25,860 nucleotides of DNA from a virus (taxonomy: Duplodnaviria > Caudoviricetes), in IMG/VR virus record IMGVR_UViG_3300020234_000034, positions 1 through 25,860 of that record; one strand, written 5' to 3'. Below, in pieces: positions 23,505-25,860 of this stretch. Both the position numbers and the translations under genes were made by a program. Under the pieces are notes generated by a model. That model was not told where the DNA came from, searched no databases, and saw only the letters and a program-made list of their open reading frames with translations. Each line of letters begins with the position of its first letter. The first letter of the stretch is position 1.

Positions 23505-23619
23505 GATAACAACTAACCGATATGGCCACACTAAAGACTTTGGCAATGTGACCTATCAAAATAAAACTATTTGCCCGAATTGCAAAAAACAAGGGAGCTT
23601 AATAATAGTGAATGTTTAA
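23449..23619 (+). CDS. 56-aa zinc-ribbon protein (CSRC...CPNC); not in ORF track
   Basis: MTTKKKQILKLTCSRCQVKITTNRYGHTKDFGNVTYQNKTICPNCKKQGSLIIVNV, in the +1 frame overlapping the end of the DUF1289-like gene. Confidence 0.65.
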   Translation: MTTKKKQILKLTCSRCQVKITTNRYGHTKDFGNVTYQNKTICPNCKKQGSLIIVNV

Positions 23620-23697
23620 CTTTTATCAAAACGTGCTAGAATAAACATAGGGATAAGCCCTAAACCCTTAGAGGGTAATCAAACAAAAGGTATAGAG

Positions 23698-23916
23698 ATG
23701 CCTGATTTAAAAAAAGTAGTCGGTGAGGATTTTGTAGTAGAAGAAGTTATATTAAAAGAGTCTACAACTAAAAATACAAAATCACAGACAATAAGAAGAA
23801 AAACTACTCAATGCATTGTATTAGAATGCGGCCATAAATATAAAATAACGGATGTTTACAAGAAGCGTAAGCAAAAAAGAATGCAATGCTCGTACTGCGA
23901 GAGAGAGGCAAAATAG
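23698..23916 (+). CDS. Small zinc-finger protein (LECGH...CSYC)
   Basis: C-x2-H and C-x2-C pairs; AAGGT RBS. Confidence 0.7.
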   Translation: MPDLKKVVGEDFVVEEVILKESTTKNTKSQTIRRKTTQCIVLECGHKYKITDVYKKRKQKRMQCSYCEREAK

Positions 23917-23918
23917 AG

Positions 23919-24344
23919 ATGCCTAAGCTAACAGCAAAGCAAGAAATGTTTTGTAGAGAATACCTAATTGATCTGAATGCCAAACAAGCCGCTATTCGTG
24001 CGGGTTATAAAGAAAACAGTGCTAAAGAGCAAGGGTGTGAAAACCTAACCAAACCTAACATTCAAGAGTATATTCAAGAACTTAAGAAGCCTAGAGAGGA
24101 AAAGCTTGGAATTGATGCTGAATGGGTACTTAAAAGAGCTTTAAGGATAAACGATAAATCTCTTGAAGAAGATGATAATGGAGAATGCTCAAACTTAGCA
24201 GCGGCTAATAAATCTCTAGAGTTAATTGGAAAGCATATAAGCGTAGATTGTTTTAATAATAACTTAAAAGTATCAGCGGATATAAAACTTACTGATATGT
24301 CGGATGAGGATTTAGATGCGGAGCTAGCTAGTCTTGATAACTAG
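23919..24344 (+). CDS. terS: Terminase small subunit (start ATG 23919)
   Basis: KLTAKQEMFCREYLIDLNAKQAAIRAGY...LTKPNIQEYI...KSLELIGKH; upstream of TerL. Confidence 0.93.
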   Translation: MPKLTAKQEMFCREYLIDLNAKQAAIRAGYKENSAKEQGCENLTKPNIQEYIQELKKPREEKLGIDAEWVLKRALRINDKSLEEDDNGECSNLAAANKSLELIGKHISVDCFNNNLKVSADIKLTDMSDEDLDAELASLDN

Positions 24345-25773
24345 AGAGCAGAAGATAAGAAAGATAGAGCTGCTCAGAGAGAAAGATAAGAGAGCCAAGG
24401 AAATAGCCTACCTAACCCAATACAATACCCTTTATGATTGGCAGCACCGTTTTAATGCTGCTACAGCCACGTTTAGAGCTTGCTTGCTTATGGCGGCAAA
24501 CCAAGTAGGAAAGACCCGAACAGGAACCACCATTGATGCCTTTCATGCTCTTGGTGATTATCCCGAAGATTGGGATGGGCATATATTTGAAAAGGCCCCT
24601 GTTATATGGATATTGGGCTTTTCAGGTGAGAAGACTAGAGATTTATTGCAAAATCCATTGTTTGGTAGGTTTGTAAACGGATCATTTGAGGGGGGATTAA
24701 TACCATCGTCAAGGATTGTAGATCATAAAACCATGTCAGGAACTACGGGAGCAATGAGAGAGGTCCGGGTAAAACACTCTACAGGCAAGGTATCCACTGT
24801 AAAATTTTGGTCATATTCTCAGGGGCAACATGCCCTAATGGGAGATGTTATTGATTGGTATCACATTGACGAAGAGCCCAAAGATAAAAATATTATTCCA
24901 CAGGTCCAAACCCGAACAGCTAATGGTGATGGTGGTTTGGGTGGTAGAGGTATTATGACATTTACCCCAGAGAATGGACGAACAGAGGTAGTTGTTAAGT
25001 TTATGGACAATCCTACCGAGTATGAGTATATGCAAAGGGCTACTTGGGATGATGCTCCACATTTAACGGATGACATGAAAGAGGCTTTACTATCTATTTA
25101 CCCAGAATGGCAACGGGATATGAGAACTAAAGGCTTACCGTTAATGGGGGCGGGGCTTATCTTTGATATTGGTGATAATTCAATCAAGTGCAATCCTTTT
25201 GAATGCCCTGCTCACTGGTATGTTATCAACGGGATGGATTTTGGATGGGATCATCCACAGGCCCACATTCAGTTATGGTGGGATAAGGATACGGATACTT
25301 TCGTATTAGCTAGAGCTTGGAAGAAATCAAAAGCTATTCCTGAAGTTGCTTGGGGAGCAACTAAAGAATGGGCTGCTGGCGTACCTACCGCATGGCCTCA
25401 TGATGGTTTGCAAACTGAAAAAGGATCAGGCAAAGAGCAAAGGGCTTATTATGAGGAGGCTGGTTGGGAAATGCTGCATGATCACGCGACATGGCCAGAT
25501 GGGGGAAATGGGGTAGAGGCTGGCATAGTTGAAATTTACCGACTTATGGAGCTTGGAAAGTTTAGAGTATTTGATTATTTGCATGAATGGTTTGCTGAAA
25601 AGCTTAATTATCATCGTGACGACAATGGAAAAATCGTTAAAATTCAAGATGATTTGTTGAGTGCTACACGATATGCGTATATGATGCGAAGACATGCAAT
25701 TATGAAATGTGATATTGATTCAGAAGAAGAACACCAAGATGATTATAGAGAATCTAATTCGGGCGGCTATTAA
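24334..25773 (+). CDS. terL: Terminase large subunit, P22-like (headful)
   Basis: Walker A AANQVGKT, Walker B WYHIDEEP, TFTPENG, nuclease GMDFGWDHP and DDLLSATRYA. Confidence 0.96.
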   Translation: MITREQKIRKIELLREKDKRAKEIAYLTQYNTLYDWQHRFNAATATFRACLLMAANQVGKTRTGTTIDAFHALGDYPEDWDGHIFEKAPVIWILGFSGEKTRDLLQNPLFGRFVNGSFEGGLIPSSRIVDHKTMSGTTGAMREVRVKHSTGKVSTVKFWSYSQGQHALMGDVIDWYHIDEEPKDKNIIPQVQTRTANGDGGLGGRGIMTFTPENGRTEVVVKFMDNPTEYEYMQRATWDDAPHLTDDMKEALLSIYPEWQRDMRTKGLPLMGAGLIFDIGDNSIKCNPFECPAHWYVINGMDFGWDHPQAHIQLWWDKDTDTFVLARAWKKSKAIPEVAWGATKEWAAGVPTAWPHDGLQTEKGSGKEQRAYYEEAGWEMLHDHATWPDGGNGVEAGIVEIYRLMELGKFRVFDYLHEWFAEKLNYHRDDNGKIVKIQDDLLSATRYAYMMRRHAIMKCDIDSEEEHQDDYRESNSGGY

Positions 25774-25860
25774 TGGATAAGACAAAATCGTTAACTAAAT
25801 TTTTAAATGATAATATTTTTAATGATATCGATAAGATAATAGGGCTGTCTGAATTGCGCT
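25773..25860 (+). CDS. N-terminal fragment of the next gene, probably portal (truncated by window edge)
   Basis: TAATG coupling to terL; open to the window end (MDKTKSLTKFLNDNIFNDIDKIIGLSELR). Identity inferred from position only. Confidence 0.45.
   Translation, partial: MDKTKSLTKFLNDNIFNDIDKIIGLSELR

Noticed and set aside
24835-25695. Antisense ORFs inside terL
   Set aside because: Shadows of a highly conserved gene.

Overview
AT-rich segment of a tailed dsDNA phage with a P22/lambdoid-like podovirus layout; a gammaproteobacterial host is inferred. From left to right: two DNA-ejection (internal virion) proteins, a small antisense membrane gene, two tail/receptor-binding proteins and a stand-alone copy of the second one's N-terminal domain, then holin-like and overlapping spanin genes (+ strand, 23-8409). 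A long leftward arm follows (- strand, 8406-19256). It holds a membrane-protein trio, an array of small accessory genes joined by a conserved junction repeat, a (Cxx)22 repeat protein, an RHH regulator, NinG, a C5 methyltransferase with an out-of-frame nested second subunit, DUF1367, DnaB, a DUF1376/YdaU initiator with iterons and a structured RNA leader, and a helicase-methyltransferase fusion. A divergent promoter region with no repressor gene precedes the rightward arm: recombination genes (atypical annealing-protein candidate, YqaJ exonuclease), SSB, an M15 endolysin far from the holin/spanins, small Zn-binding proteins, TerS, P22-type TerL and the first codons of a probable portal. No integrase, tRNA or CRISPR array was seen. 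All family assignments come from recognising motifs by eye, not from database searches.
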